DNA from: an uncultured Thermoleophilia bacterium
GTDB taxonomy: Bacteria > Actinomycetota > Thermoleophilia > UBA2241
Direction: 5' to 3'
Assembly (NCBI GenBank): GCA_963702475.1
Contig: CAVPCT010000003.1
Coordinates: forward strand, 800,001-864,000
DNA: 64,000 nt
Part shown: piece after piece, positions 10,754-20,983 of the stretch
How positions within the stretch are numbered: position 1 is the stretch's first letter
Layout: every line of letters starts with the position of its first letter
The notes under the pieces: model-generated
Databases searched by the model: none
Told to the model about the DNA's origin: nothing
What the model saw: only the letters and a program-made list of their open reading frames with translations
Program-made: the position numbers and the translations under genes

Positions 10754-11155
10754 ATGGGACTCAAGGTCAAGCCCGGCCAGAAGCGCTCACCGCAAGATCT
10801 CGAGGCGGCGCTGATCGCCCCGTGCGGCATGGGCTGCGGCCTCTGCATGTGCTTCTTGAGAGAGAAGAACACCTGCGGCGGTTGCCGGGCCGGGGACGAG
10901 GGCAAGGCGAGATCGGTCCTGTCGTGCACGATCCGCACGTGCGCGACACCCCGGGAGAACACGTCTGGCTTCTGCTTCGAGTGCGAGACGTTCCCGTGCG
11001 CGCGCCTGAAGCGCCTCGACGCCCGCTACCGTGCCAAGTACCGCATGAGCGTGCTCGACAACCTCGCGCACATCGAGGCCGCAGGCGTCGATGCCTTCGT
11101 CGCAGCGGAACGCGACCGGTGGGCGTGCCCTGACTGGGCCGTGGCTCACTCATAG
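10754..11155 (+). CDS. DUF3795-like Cys-rich protein
   Basis: APCGMGCGLC, CGGC, CTIRTC, FCFECETFPC. Confidence 0.8.
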   Translation: MGLKVKPGQKRSPQDLEAALIAPCGMGCGLCMCFLREKNTCGGCRAGDEGKARSVLSCTIRTCATPRENTSGFCFECETFPCARLKRLDARYRAKYRMSVLDNLAHIEAAGVDAFVAAERDRWACPDWAVAHS

Positions 11156-11177
11156 TGGCAGAAAGGCGGATCCGGCG

Positions 11178-11741
11178 ATGTCAAGAGCAAAGGCCCTGAA
11201 GGCCGACCAGCGCGAGGAGCTGCTGAGCGTATTGAAGGCCCGCTTCGAGCAGAACGTGCAGCGCCATCCGGGTCTCGCCTGGGTCAACGTGTACACCAGA
11301 CTGGAACGGCATCCCGAGAAGTCGTGGTCGCTCCACGAGATGGAGCATACCGGCGGCGAGCCGGATGTCATCGGCCAAGACCATGGGACCGGCGAGTACC
11401 TCTTCGTCGACTGTTCTGCCGAAAGCCCGAGCGGCCGGAGAAGCCTCTGCTACGACGGCGAGGCTCTGGAATCGCGCAAGCAAGCCAAGCCCAGATCCAG
11501 CGCGTTGGACATGGCGCGTGAGATGGGTGTCGAGCTGTTGACCGAAGAGCAGTATCGCGGGCTGCAGGCGTCTGGGGAGTTCGACCTGAAGACGTCCAGC
11601 TGGGTGAAGACTCCCGCAAGCATCCGGAAGCTCGGTGGCGCGATCTTCTGTGATCGCCGCTACGACGCAGTCTTCGTGTATCACAACGGGGCGGAGTCCT
11701 ACTACGCTGCCCGCGGTTTCCGGGGCCTCCTCAGAGTCTGA
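11178..11741 (+). CDS. DUF4256 family protein
   Basis: METGGEPD-like, DCSAESPSGRRSLCYD, YHNGAESYYAARGFRG. Confidence 0.85.
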   Translation: MSRAKALKADQREELLSVLKARFEQNVQRHPGLAWVNVYTRLERHPEKSWSLHEMEHTGGEPDVIGQDHGTGEYLFVDCSAESPSGRRSLCYDGEALESRKQAKPRSSALDMAREMGVELLTEEQYRGLQASGEFDLKTSSWVKTPASIRKLGGAIFCDRRYDAVFVYHNGAESYYAARGFRGLLRV

Positions 11742-11859
11742 ATCCTCTGGACCGATACCGCCTCCTCCGAGCCGCCCCGGGCGGCGAGCGCAAGCATCGC
11801 CCCGGCAGCGATTCGCCCTCGAGTGCCTGCCCGTCTGCCTGCCGACAACGGTGCCTGCT

Positions 11860-11889
11860 GAAAGCCCGGGACCCTCCCCGTGTCGAAAG
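11860..11889 (+). promoter_or_regulatory. Putative ECF sigma promoter
   Basis: GAAAG-N15-GTGTCGAAAG. Confidence 0.6.
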
Positions 11890-11952
11890 GGGCGGAGGGC
11901 CCGCTTCCCGCTTCGACCCTCCATCGGGAATCGGAGGTAAGGAGGCATCGTC

Positions 11953-12949
11953 ATGAGACCATGTCCAACGACCTCGAGCGCCGCCGCTCGGCGGCGCGCG
12001 CGCCTGGACTCGATCGCAGTCCTGGGCCTGAGCCTGTTGGTCGGCGGGCTCGCCGTACTGGGCCTCGTCGCCCTCGGCGCCTGCGGCGGCACCGGCAGCA
12101 CGGCCTCGAGCTCGCCGAGCGCGGAGGCCGTCACGCCCTCGGCGTCGCCGACGGTCGTCCCCGCTGAGGAGCCGGTGTCGCAGTGGGATGCGCCGGGCAC
12201 GGCGTCGCTGGCGCGGACACAGGCAGTCACGCGTCGCTACGCCGCGGCACTGCATGCCGAGAAGATCCCCGACGCCAGGCTCTACGCCTCGGACGCCACG
12301 TGGGACATCTGGTCCAGCGAGGAGCACCGCCAGGGCGCCGCGGCGATCACGAAGGTCTACCGCGATGTCGCCGCCGACTGTGACTGGTCGAAGGGCCATG
12401 TCATGGCCGCCCCCGGGGTGGGCGTCGACGAAGGTGTGTTCACCGTCTACGGGACGACCCCGACTCCATCCATCTCCCTGCTCGCGGTGGACGGGAGCAC
12501 GATCGCGCACGAGGAGATCTTCCTCAACGACGGCAGGGGCCGGCCGGTGACGTTCTGCGGCACGGCACCGGGACCCCATGACACGGCGTGACGCAGCGTC
12601 AAGGGTCGGGGGTACAGTCGGCGGGGCGTTCGCCAGCGGCAACCTGGCCGCGCTGCAGGCTCTCCTCGCGCCCGACGTCCTCTTCTACGACACCACGCAG
12701 GGGCGCGGCGCGCGCGGCTCGGACGCCGTGGCCGCGTGGTGGGCCAACGTGCCCGGGACGGTCGCGTTCTACAACAAGTCGCCGATCTCCGGCCGCGGTT
12801 GGGCGGTGGTGCGCTGGACGGCCCGGCGCGTCTACTCGACCGGCGTCGAGCTGGCCATGCCGGGAGCGACGGTGCTGGAGGTGCGCGACGGCAAGGTCGT
12901 GCGCATGACGCTCTACTACAACTCCAAGAAGGTGTCGCTGCAGTTGTGA
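11953..12949 (+). CDS. Lipoprotein with tandem SnoaL/NTF2-like domains, frameshift near 12585
   Basis: LGACGG lipobox; LYASDATW and LLAPDVLFYD domains; VLEVRDGKVVRMTLYY. Confidence 0.7.
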
Positions 12950-12997
12950 GGTGAGCCGGCGGGCGGCGGGCCTGTCAGACCCGCCGCCCGCCGGCCG

Positions 12998-15900
12998 TCA
13001 GTCCGTCTGCTCCGTCAGCGCCGGCCGTCCGGCCGGCGCCCCGGCCGCGCCCGGCGCCACCGGCGCGTCCTCCTCGCGCACCTCGGCGTGCGGCAGCCAC
13101 TGCAGCCAGCGCGGCAGCCACCAGTTCCATGTGCCCAGCAGTACCATGGTCGACGGCACGATCACCAGGCGCACGATGGTGGTGTCCAGGATGATGGCGA
13201 TGGAGAGGCCGACGCCGAACTCCTTGATGATGGGGTCGGGGTGCAGCAGGAAGCTCAGGAACACCGTGACCATGATGACGGCCGCGGCGGTGATCACGCG
13301 TGCGCTCGTGCCCACGCCGGTGCGCACGGCCTGACTCGGGTCCTGGCCCTGACCGTAGGCCTGGAAGATCTGGCTGATGAGGAAGACCTCGTAGTCGGTG
13401 GAGAGGCCGAACAGCACGGCGAACATGAGCAGCGGCACGTAGCTGGCGATCGGCACGGTCCCGTAGGGGTTCGAGAGGCCGATGAGCCCGAGGCCCCAGC
13501 CCCACTGGAACACCGCCGTGATGATGCCGAACGAGGCGCCCACGGCGAGCAGGTTGCAGATCACGGCCTTGAGCGGCACCAGCAGGGAGCGGAAGGCGAT
13601 CATCAGCAGCACGAAGCTGAGGGCGAGCACCGTGGCGATGACCAGTGGGAGCCGGTCGGAGATAAGGTCGGCGAGGTCGGAGAAGGCCGCCGTGCCGCCG
13701 CCCACGTAGGCCGTCACGCCGCCGCCCGCAATGGCCACCGGGACGACCTGCTCGCGCACCCTGTCGACCAGCTCCGCCGTGGCCGGATCGGCCGGCCGCG
13801 TGGTCGGCGTCGCGCTGAGGATCACGGCCGTGCCGGCCTCGTTCACGAGTGGCGGGAGCACCGAGGCGATGCCGGGCGTGGTCTCGAGCGCGCGCTGCAG
13901 CTTCACCACGCGCGGGTCGGTGGCCATGGGCTCGCCGCCGGCGTCGGTGAGCAGGGCGACGAGCTCGTCCTTGAGCGCCTCAGCCTCGTCGGCCTGCCGC
14001 TCGAGGCGGCGCTTGTCCTTCTTCAGCCGGGCAGACTCCTTCTCGAGCGCGGCGCCCTCCTTCTCCAGCCTGACGCCGCGCTTCTTCAGGCTCTCGCCCT
14101 GGGCGGCGAGGGCCGCCCCCTGGGCCTCGAGCTCGGCGCCCCGCGACTCCAGCGCCGCGCCCTGGGCGGCCAGCTCCTCGCCGTCGGCCTGCAGGGCGGC
14201 CGCCTCCTTCTTGAGGGCCGCCCCCTGCTTCTCCAGCGACGCCTGCTCGGTCTCGAGGGCGGACTTCTCCTGCTCCAGCGCGGCCGCCCGCGCCTGCAGG
14301 TCCTGCGCCTGCCGCAGCAGCACGGCCAGCTGCGCCTGCAGGCGCGCCTTCTCCGCGGGGTCGGTCGCGGCGGCGAGCTGCTGCTGCACGTCGGCGATCT
14401 GCGCCTGCAGCTGCGCGCTCTCCACGGCCAGCGCCTGTGCCTCGGCTGCAAGCGCCTGGCCCTCTGCCGCCAGCTCCTCGCCCTGCCGCTCGAGGCTCGC
14501 CTTCTCCTTCTCGAGGCGAGCCTGCTCCGCCAGCAGGTCGTCCTTCTGCGCCTTCAGGGCTGCGGCCTCGGCCTGCAACTCCGCGCCTTCCGCCTCGAGC
14601 GGGGCCTGCTGCGCTTCGAGCTGTGCCGCGAGGCGCATCAGCTCCTTCTGCTCCGCCTTCAGCTCGTCGGCGCGGCGCTCCAGCGCCTTGGCCTTCTTCT
14701 TGAGGCGCTGGCTCTCCGCCTCGAGCTTCTCCTTCAGGGCGTCGGCCTCGGCCTTCATCTCCGTGTACGCGGTGCTCGGCTCGGCTTGCGGGTCGAGTTC
14801 CGCCGCCACGACGAGGGGGCCGTTGGCGCCCGGACCGAGTCCCTCCGAGATCAGGTCGAACGCGCGACGCTGCGACATGGAGGTGGGCATCACGCCCACG
14901 TCCTCCTGGCCGAGGCGTAGCGTGAACATGGGCACGATGAGCGGCGCCAGCACGAGCAGCGAAGCGATGAGCATCGCCCACGGGTGGCGCGTGACGAACC
15001 CCGCCCAGCGCGCCCAGATGTTGGTGTCGGAGGGAGCCCGGGTGGCGCCGCGCCGTCCGGGCAGCCGGAGCGCATCCACGCGACGACCCAGGATTGCCAG
15101 CATGGCGGGCAGCAGCGTGATCGCCGTGAGCACGGCGATGCCCACGGTGAGCGCGGCGGCGTAGCCCATCGCGCCGAGCAGCGGCACGCGCGCCACCAGC
15201 AGGGCGAGCAGCGCCACGATCACGGTGGCGCCGGCGAACACCACGGCGGTGCCGCTGGTGGCCATGGCCGCGGCGATGGACTCGTCCGGCGCCATGCCGC
15301 TGTGCAGCTGGTCGCGGTGGCGGAAGACGATGAAGAGGGCATAATCGATGCCGACGCCAAGGCCAACCATGGTCGCGAGCGTGGGGGCCACGTTGGGGAT
15401 GCTGACCACGTGGCCCAGCAGCCCGACCAGCCCGAGGCCGACGATGAGGCCCACCAGCGCGGTGATGACGGGCATACCGGCGGCGACCAGAGCGCCGAAG
15501 GTGAAGGCCATGATGACCAGGGCGGCGGCGAGGCCGATGGCCTCGCTCTTGCGGTCGGTCTGCTCGGCCAGGCGGGCGCCTATCCCTCCGCCCGCCTCCA
15601 CCTGGATCCCCGCCTTCTCCACGGTCTGCGCCTCGGCCATGATCTTGCTCGCGACCGCCTTGTCCAGCTGGCCCCAGTTCAGGTTCAGCAGGATTTGCGC
15701 CACCGCCGTCTTCTCATCCTCGCTCAGGAACACGTCGCCGCCGGTCGCGAACGGGCTGAAGACGCTGTAGGTCTCCGGGATCTTCTCGATGGCCTTGAGG
15801 ACGTCCTCGACCGCCTTCTTGTTGGCGGGGTCGGTGAGCTTGCCGCTCTTGACGTGGAACACGATGGGGCTGGCGCCGTTCTGCTGTGGCGGGAACTCCT

Positions 15901-16081
15901 CGCGCAGCATGTCGGCCGAGGCCTGATAGCCGGTGCCCGGGAGGGTGATGTCGTTGGTGGTCTGGCGGCCGTAGTGGAGGACGGCGGCGCCGACGACGAG
16001 GACGACGACCACCCAGGCCGCGACGACGATCCACTTGCGGCGCACGCAGAGCGCGCCGAGGCGATGCATCAGGTGTGACAT
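12998..16081 (-). CDS. MMPL/RND family transporter with long coiled-coil insertion
   Basis: GVGIDYALF and FGLSTDYEVFL motifs; about 270-aa heptad stretch. Confidence 0.92.
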   Translation of the reverse strand: MSHLMHRLGALCVRRKWIVVAAWVVVVLVVGAAVLHYGRQTTNDITLPGTGYQASADMLREEFPPQQNGASPIVFHVKSGKLTDPANKKAVEDVLKAIEKIPETYSVFSPFATGGDVFLSEDEKTAVAQILLNLNWGQLDKAVASKIMAEAQTVEKAGIQVEAGGGIGARLAEQTDRKSEAIGLAAALVIMAFTFGALVAAGMPVITALVGLIVGLGLVGLLGHVVSIPNVAPTLATMVGLGVGIDYALFIVFRHRDQLHSGMAPDESIAAAMATSGTAVVFAGATVIVALLALLVARVPLLGAMGYAAALTVGIAVLTAITLLPAMLAILGRRVDALRLPGRRGATRAPSDTNIWARWAGFVTRHPWAMLIASLLVLAPLIVPMFTLRLGQEDVGVMPTSMSQRRAFDLISEGLGPGANGPLVVAAELDPQAEPSTAYTEMKAEADALKEKLEAESQRLKKKAKALERRADELKAEQKELMRLAAQLEAQQAPLEAEGAELQAEAAALKAQKDDLLAEQARLEKEKASLERQGEELAAEGQALAAEAQALAVESAQLQAQIADVQQQLAAATDPAEKARLQAQLAVLLRQAQDLQARAAALEQEKSALETEQASLEKQGAALKKEAAALQADGEELAAQGAALESRGAELEAQGAALAAQGESLKKRGVRLEKEGAALEKESARLKKDKRRLERQADEAEALKDELVALLTDAGGEPMATDPRVVKLQRALETTPGIASVLPPLVNEAGTAVILSATPTTRPADPATAELVDRVREQVVPVAIAGGGVTAYVGGGTAAFSDLADLISDRLPLVIATVLALSFVLLMIAFRSLLVPLKAVICNLLAVGASFGIITAVFQWGWGLGLIGLSNPYGTVPIASYVPLLMFAVLFGLSTDYEVFLISQIFQAYGQGQDPSQAVRTGVGTSARVITAAAVIMVTVFLSFLLHPDPIIKEFGVGLSIAIILDTTIVRLVIVPSTMVLLGTWNWWLPRWLQWLPHAEVREEDAPVAPGAAGAPAGRPALTEQTD

Positions 16082-16169
16082 GCCGCTGTCGGCCCTTTCC
16101 TCTGGGGACTGGGCGAGGGTACAGGACTCAGCGACGGGTGCACCGCGGGAGCACTCGTCACTGAGCGCA

Positions 16170-16198
16170 ACGATACACTCCCCGGAGAGATGTATCGT
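16170..16198. promoter_or_regulatory. Inverted repeat (possible operator) between divergent MMPL and oxidoreductase genes
   Basis: ACGATACA-N13-TGTATCGT. Confidence 0.35.
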
Positions 16199-16245
16199 CC
16201 GCGGTCGCGGTGCGCTCGAGGCGGACGACGGGAAGGGGGAGGACC

Positions 16246-17172
16246 GTGGCGCAGGTGACGGTGATCGGGATGGGTGCGATGGGCAGCACGCTGGCGCGCG
16301 TGCTGGTGGAGCGGGGGCACGACGTGACGGTGTGGAGCCGGCGCGGGATCGGGCCGGAGCGGTGGGAAGGGCTGCTGCAGGCGGGCCCGGGGTCGCCCCC
16401 CAGACCCGGCGTCCGCGTCGCCGCTTCGGCCGCGGAGGCGGTCGCCGCCGGCCCGCTGACGGTGATGTGCGTCAGCCACTACCCGGCCGCGGACGAGATC
16501 CTGGGCGCGCCCGGCGTGACGGAGTCGCTCGCCGGGCGCGTGCTCGTACAGCTGAGTAACGGCAGCGAAGCCGAGGTGCGCGCGCACATGGAGCGCGTGC
16601 GGGCCGCCGGCGGGCGCATGCTCAGCGGCGGCATCATGGCCTACCCGCGGCAGGTCGGGCGGCCGGAGACGGTGATCCTGTACTCCGGGGACGGCTCGGC
16701 TTTCGACGAGCACCGCGGGACGCTGGCCGCCCTGGCGGGCGGGCAGCGGTTCGTGGGCGAGGACCCGGCGGTGCAGAACGCGGTGTACGAATCGGCCTTC
16801 GGCGTGTACTTCGCCGCGCTGTGCGGGTTCCTCGAGAACGCCGCGCTGGTCTCCGCCCGCGGCGTGCCCGTAGCCGAGCTGGCCGCCGTCATGCCCGGCA
16901 TGGCGGCTCTGCTGCTCGACCACCTGGCGGACGCGACGCGGCGCATCGAGAGCGGCGAGTGGGCCGGCGACCAGGCCTCGACCGACACGCATCTGGACGG
17001 CGCCGAGCGTCGCAGGAAGGTGTTCGCGGGGCGCGGCCTGCAGTGCCTGATGGCCGACGGCTACCTGTCGTACTGCCGCCAGGTGCACGAGGCCGGGGAC
17101 GGCGACGAGGACATCGCCGCGATCTTCAAGCGCATTGGCGCGCCGGCGGCACTGCCGCCCTCCGGCGCCTGA
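16246..17172 (+). CDS. NAD(P)-dependent oxidoreductase, imine reductase (IRED)/beta-hydroxyacid dehydrogenase fold
   Basis: GMGAMG, VTVWSR, VQLSNGS, GGIMAYP, ILYSG. Confidence 0.8.
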   Translation: MAQVTVIGMGAMGSTLARVLVERGHDVTVWSRRGIGPERWEGLLQAGPGSPPRPGVRVAASAAEAVAAGPLTVMCVSHYPAADEILGAPGVTESLAGRVLVQLSNGSEAEVRAHMERVRAAGGRMLSGGIMAYPRQVGRPETVILYSGDGSAFDEHRGTLAALAGGQRFVGEDPAVQNAVYESAFGVYFAALCGFLENAALVSARGVPVAELAAVMPGMAALLLDHLADATRRIESGEWAGDQASTDTHLDGAERRRKVFAGRGLQCLMADGYLSYCRQVHEAGDGDEDIAAIFKRIGAPAALPPSGA

Positions 17173-17811
17173 CTCGCTCCGGACTCGCTCCGGACCGGCT
17201 CCCGCGCGCTCGCGCACGAGGCCGCATGCGGCGGCGGCGCGGCCGGCTGTTCCCTCACCCGTCCTCGCGATTGGTTGTGTTTTACAGCGAACCGCGAGGA
17301 CGGGAACAGGATCACAGGCACGCGAGGCGGTAGACGTTGGGATCGCGCCGCGCCTGGGCGCGTCGGCGGGCCGCCGAGCCGCTTCGGTGACGGGCCCATC
17401 AGGCGGGGCCCTCGGCGGATCGCGCGTAAGGAGGAAAGCCGCGCGCAAGCCTGGCCTCGCCTGCCACGAGGCGCCATGTGCCGCGTCGAGGGTGTCACGT
17501 GACATCCTGGTCGCGCACACGGATCATCCCGCCCTCGAGCCCGACGAAGCCGGCTGTACATCGTCGGGCTCGGCGCCGCGCCGAGCACCCGGCCGTACGG
17601 ACGCGCAGTCGCGTGCGCGACACTGTTCGACTCAAGCTCTGAACGTCCACCACGCGCGGCCCCAACGTCACCCTCGAGCTGTGCTCACTCACTTCCGCGC
17701 GGCATGCACATCCGCCAGTATCGTGGCCATGGAGACCGAGCCTGATCGCACACCGAGCCCGACGAGGACGTCTCGATGGAGGGCAAGGCGACCTCTGCTA
17801 TCCTCAGGATC

Positions 17812-18290
17812 ATGAAGCGGACGGGTGTACGTGGAGACCAGCGTCATCAGCTACCTGGCCGGCCGTCCTGCTCGTGACTTGATCGTCGCGTTGCGCATCA
17901 GGGAATCACGCGCGAGTGGTGGGACGAGCAGTCGAACGGCTTCGAGTTGGTCATCTCCGAGCTCGTCGTGCAAGAGGCCGGCGCCGGCGACCCGGAGGCG
18001 TCGCGCGGCCGCCTTGCAGCGATCGAGGGCATGGCGATCCTCGCATTGAGCGACGAAGCCGTCTCCATTGCCGAGCACTTGGCCGGCTGTGGACCGATCC
18101 CGCCGGAGGAGGCCGTGGCGGACGCGCTTCATATCGCCGTCGCCGCCGCCAACGGTATCGACTATCTGCTCACGTGGAAGTGCAAGCACCTCGCGAACGC
18201 GTCGCTGCGCGTTCGGATCGCTGCTGGGTGGGGAACCTGGGCTATGCTTGCCCAGTGATTTGCACGCCCGAGGAACTGATGGAGGGCTGA
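17812..18290 (+). CDS. PIN-domain toxin, several frameshifts
   Basis: VYVETSVISYL, ITREWW, DALHIAVAA, YLLTWKCKHLAN, PVICTPEEL pieces across frames. Confidence 0.75.
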
Positions 18291-18292
18291 CG

Positions 18293-18465
18293 ATGCGATC
18301 CGACCCCATCGTGGAAGAAGTACGACGCGTGCGCCAGGAGTACGCGGCGCGCTTCGGTAACGACCTGCGCGCCATGGCCGCCGACCTCCGTTGCGCGAGC
18401 AGCAGCATCCCGAGCGGCTCGTCACCCTTCCGCCAAAGCCCGCGCCGAACAACAGGACGGCGTAG
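18293..18465 (+). CDS. Small putative antitoxin downstream of PIN gene (one frameshift)
   Basis: MRSDPIVEEVRRVRQEYAARFGNDLRAM, a short ORF type typical of these PIN loci. Confidence 0.6.
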
Positions 18466-18520
18466 GCCCCGGTCGCTCGCGCGCGGAGCGCTAGCAGTCG
18501 CCGGGCGGCGTCCGCCCGCC

Positions 18521-19459
18521 TCAGAGGTACGTGTACAGTCGCGCGTAGGGTCGTGAACCCGCCGGCGCGATGCGCGTGAACGGCTCGGCGAGCAGTCCCG
18601 CGAGGCTTGCGCCGAACGCGTCGCAGTACTCCTGGAGCAGCGGCGACAGGGTCTCCATCTCGGCCTCGGTCGCCGGCGCCACGCGCACCTCGCCGCCGCA
18701 CTGCCACGGCAGCACCTCGCCGCGCACGTAGATCTCGCCGCCGTGCATGCCGGCGCCCAGGTGGCCGCCGACGATGGGGCCCTCCACGCGCGAGCTCACG
18801 CCGAGCAGCACCAGCGTACCGCCGGCCATGTACTCGCCGAAGAAGTCGCGCGCCTTGCCGCCGCACACCACGGCCGGGCCGGCGCCCTCGCTGGCCTTCA
18901 TGTGGATGCCGGCGCGGTAGCCGGCGTCGCCCTCCACGAGCACGCGGCCGCGGCGCATGCCGTACCCCAGCACGTCGCCGGCGCTGCCGTGCACGATGAC
19001 GCGTCCGGAGTTCATCGTGTTGCCGACGCCGTCCTGGGCGTTGCCGAAGATCTCCACCGTGGGCCCGTCCATGAACATCGCCACCGCCTGACCCGGTGTG
19101 CCCTGCACCTCGATGCGCAGTCCCTCGCCGCGGAGGCCGGTGCCGATGTACCGCTGGCCGTTGACGTTCATGAGGCGCACGGTGGTCGCCCCGACCAGGA
19201 CGGCGGCGCGCACGGCCTCGTTGACGGCGCGGTAGTAGACGCCCTGGCAGTCGATGACGGCGGCGTCGCCGTCGCGCTCCACGGGCGGGGTCTCAGTGGT
19301 GTGCCCGAACGGGCGCTTCGCGGCTGGGCCGGGGGTCGGGGCGCCGGAGGTCGCGGCGCCGGCGTCCGTCGACTGTGCCGGCGTGTGCGCGGCTGCGGGT
19401 CGTCCCGCACCCTGCTGTCGGCCGGCTGCGGCCGGGCGTTCGGGACTGATCGCGATCAT
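18521..19459 (-). CDS. Glutamate synthase GXGXG-domain subunit (GltB3/GlxC-like)
   Basis: NVNGQRYIG, GNAQDGVGNTM, FFGEYMAGG. Confidence 0.88.
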   Translation of the reverse strand: MIAISPERPAAAGRQQGAGRPAAAHTPAQSTDAGAATSGAPTPGPAAKRPFGHTTETPPVERDGDAAVIDCQGVYYRAVNEAVRAAVLVGATTVRLMNVNGQRYIGTGLRGEGLRIEVQGTPGQAVAMFMDGPTVEIFGNAQDGVGNTMNSGRVIVHGSAGDVLGYGMRRGRVLVEGDAGYRAGIHMKASEGAGPAVVCGGKARDFFGEYMAGGTLVLLGVSSRVEGPIVGGHLGAGMHGGEIYVRGEVLPWQCGGEVRVAPATEAEMETLSPLLQEYCDAFGASLAGLLAEPFTRIAPAGSRPYARLYTYL

Positions 19460-19470
19460 GTCTTCCTCGT

Positions 19471-20983
19471 TCAAAGTCCGGCCGGCTTCACGCCGATGAT
19501 CTCGCACGTCTGCTGGTCCAGGCCGATGCTGCGCAGGCGGTCGCGGCTGCCGCGCAGCGACTCGATGGCGTTGACGCCCAGCGCGCCGAGGATCTCCTGC
19601 AGCTCGTGGCTCCAGGCGCTGACCAGGTTGGTGAGCCGCTCGGCGCCCCACTCGGGGTCCAGGCGCCGGGTGAGCTCGGGCTTGTGCGTGGTCAGGCCCC
19701 AGCTGCAGCTGCCGGTGTGGCAGCCCTGGCAGAGGTGACAGCCGAGGGCGATGAGCGCGGCGGAGCCGATGGCCACGGCGTCCGCCCCGAGGGCGATGAC
19801 CTTGGCCAGGTCGGCCGAGCCGCGGATGGAGCCCGCGGCGATGATGGAGGCCCGCTGGCGGATGCCCTCGTCGCGCAGGCGCTGGTCGACCACCGCGACG
19901 GCGATCTCCAGCGGGATGCCGACGTGGTCGCGGATCACCTGCGGCGCCGCGCCGGTGCCGCCGCGGAAGCCGTCCAGGTACACGTAGTCGGCGCCGGCGC
20001 GCACGATGCCGCTGGCGATGGCGGCCACGTTGTGCACGGCCGCGATCTTCACGCCGACCGGCTTGTAGTCCGTGGCCTCCTTGATCGAGTAGATGAGCTG
20101 GCGCAGGTCCTCGATCGAGTAGATGTCGTGGTGCGGCGCCGGGCTGATGGCGTCGGAGCCCTGCGGGATCATGCGCGTGGCGGCGATGTCGTGGTCGGCC
20201 TTCTCGCCGGGCAGGTGCCCGCCGATGCCGGGCTTTGCGCCCTGGCCGACCTTGATCTCCACGGCCGCGCCGCGGTTCAGGTAGTCGGTGTCGACCCCGA
20301 ACCTTCCGGAGGCCACCTGCACGATGACGTTGCTTCTCGTAGGGGTAGAGGTCGGCGTGCAGGCCGCCCTCGCCGGTGTTCATGAGGATGCCCAGGCGCT
20401 GTGCGGCCATGGCCAGGCTCTTGTGCACGTTGAGCGACACCGAGCCGTAGCTCATCGGCGCGAAGACCACCGGCACGTCGAGGCGGATGCCGGCGGCGAA
20501 GCCGCGCCGCGTCTTGAGCTTGAAGCCGCCGCCCTCGCCGCACTCCACCTCGAGGCTGTCGGGCTTGCTGCCCAGGTAGGTGCGCAGCTCCATCGGCTCG
20601 CGCAGCGGGTCGATGGAGGGGTTCGTCACCTGGCACGCGTCGAGCACGAGGTGGTCGAAGATGTTGAGGTAGGGGCGGTCGTTGCCCATGCCGGTGAGCA
20701 GGACGCCGCCGGTCTCGGCCTGCCGCCAGGCGGCACGCCGCAGGGCCGGCGTCCAGGACGGGTTCTCTTTGTACGCCAGCGGGCTCCGCTCGATGGAGAT
20801 GGCGCCGGCCGGGCAGTACGTCATGCAGCGGTGGCAGGCGCGGCAGCGGGCGTGGTCCGGCATGGGACGCTCGTTGAACGTGTAGACGTCCCAGCCGCAC
20901 TGCTGCACGCAGCGGCCGCACTTGTGGCACACGTCGTTGTCGATGCGCACGCGGAACTCGGGCTGCACGAGCTGGTTGGTCAT
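19471..20983 (-). CDS. Glutamate synthase FMN-binding subunit with N-terminal 2x[4Fe-4S] ferredoxin (GltB2/GlxD-like), frameshift near 20330
   Basis: CHKCGRCVQQC and CRACHRCMTYCP; MSYGS, NTGEGG, QVASGRFG, GQGAKPGIGGHLPG, CHLCQGCHTGSC. Confidence 0.92.

Noticed and set aside
17428-17570. RNase P RNA (GAGGAAAG)
   Set aside because: Lacks GAGGAAAGUCC and the conserved 3' ACAGAA..CGGCUUA segment
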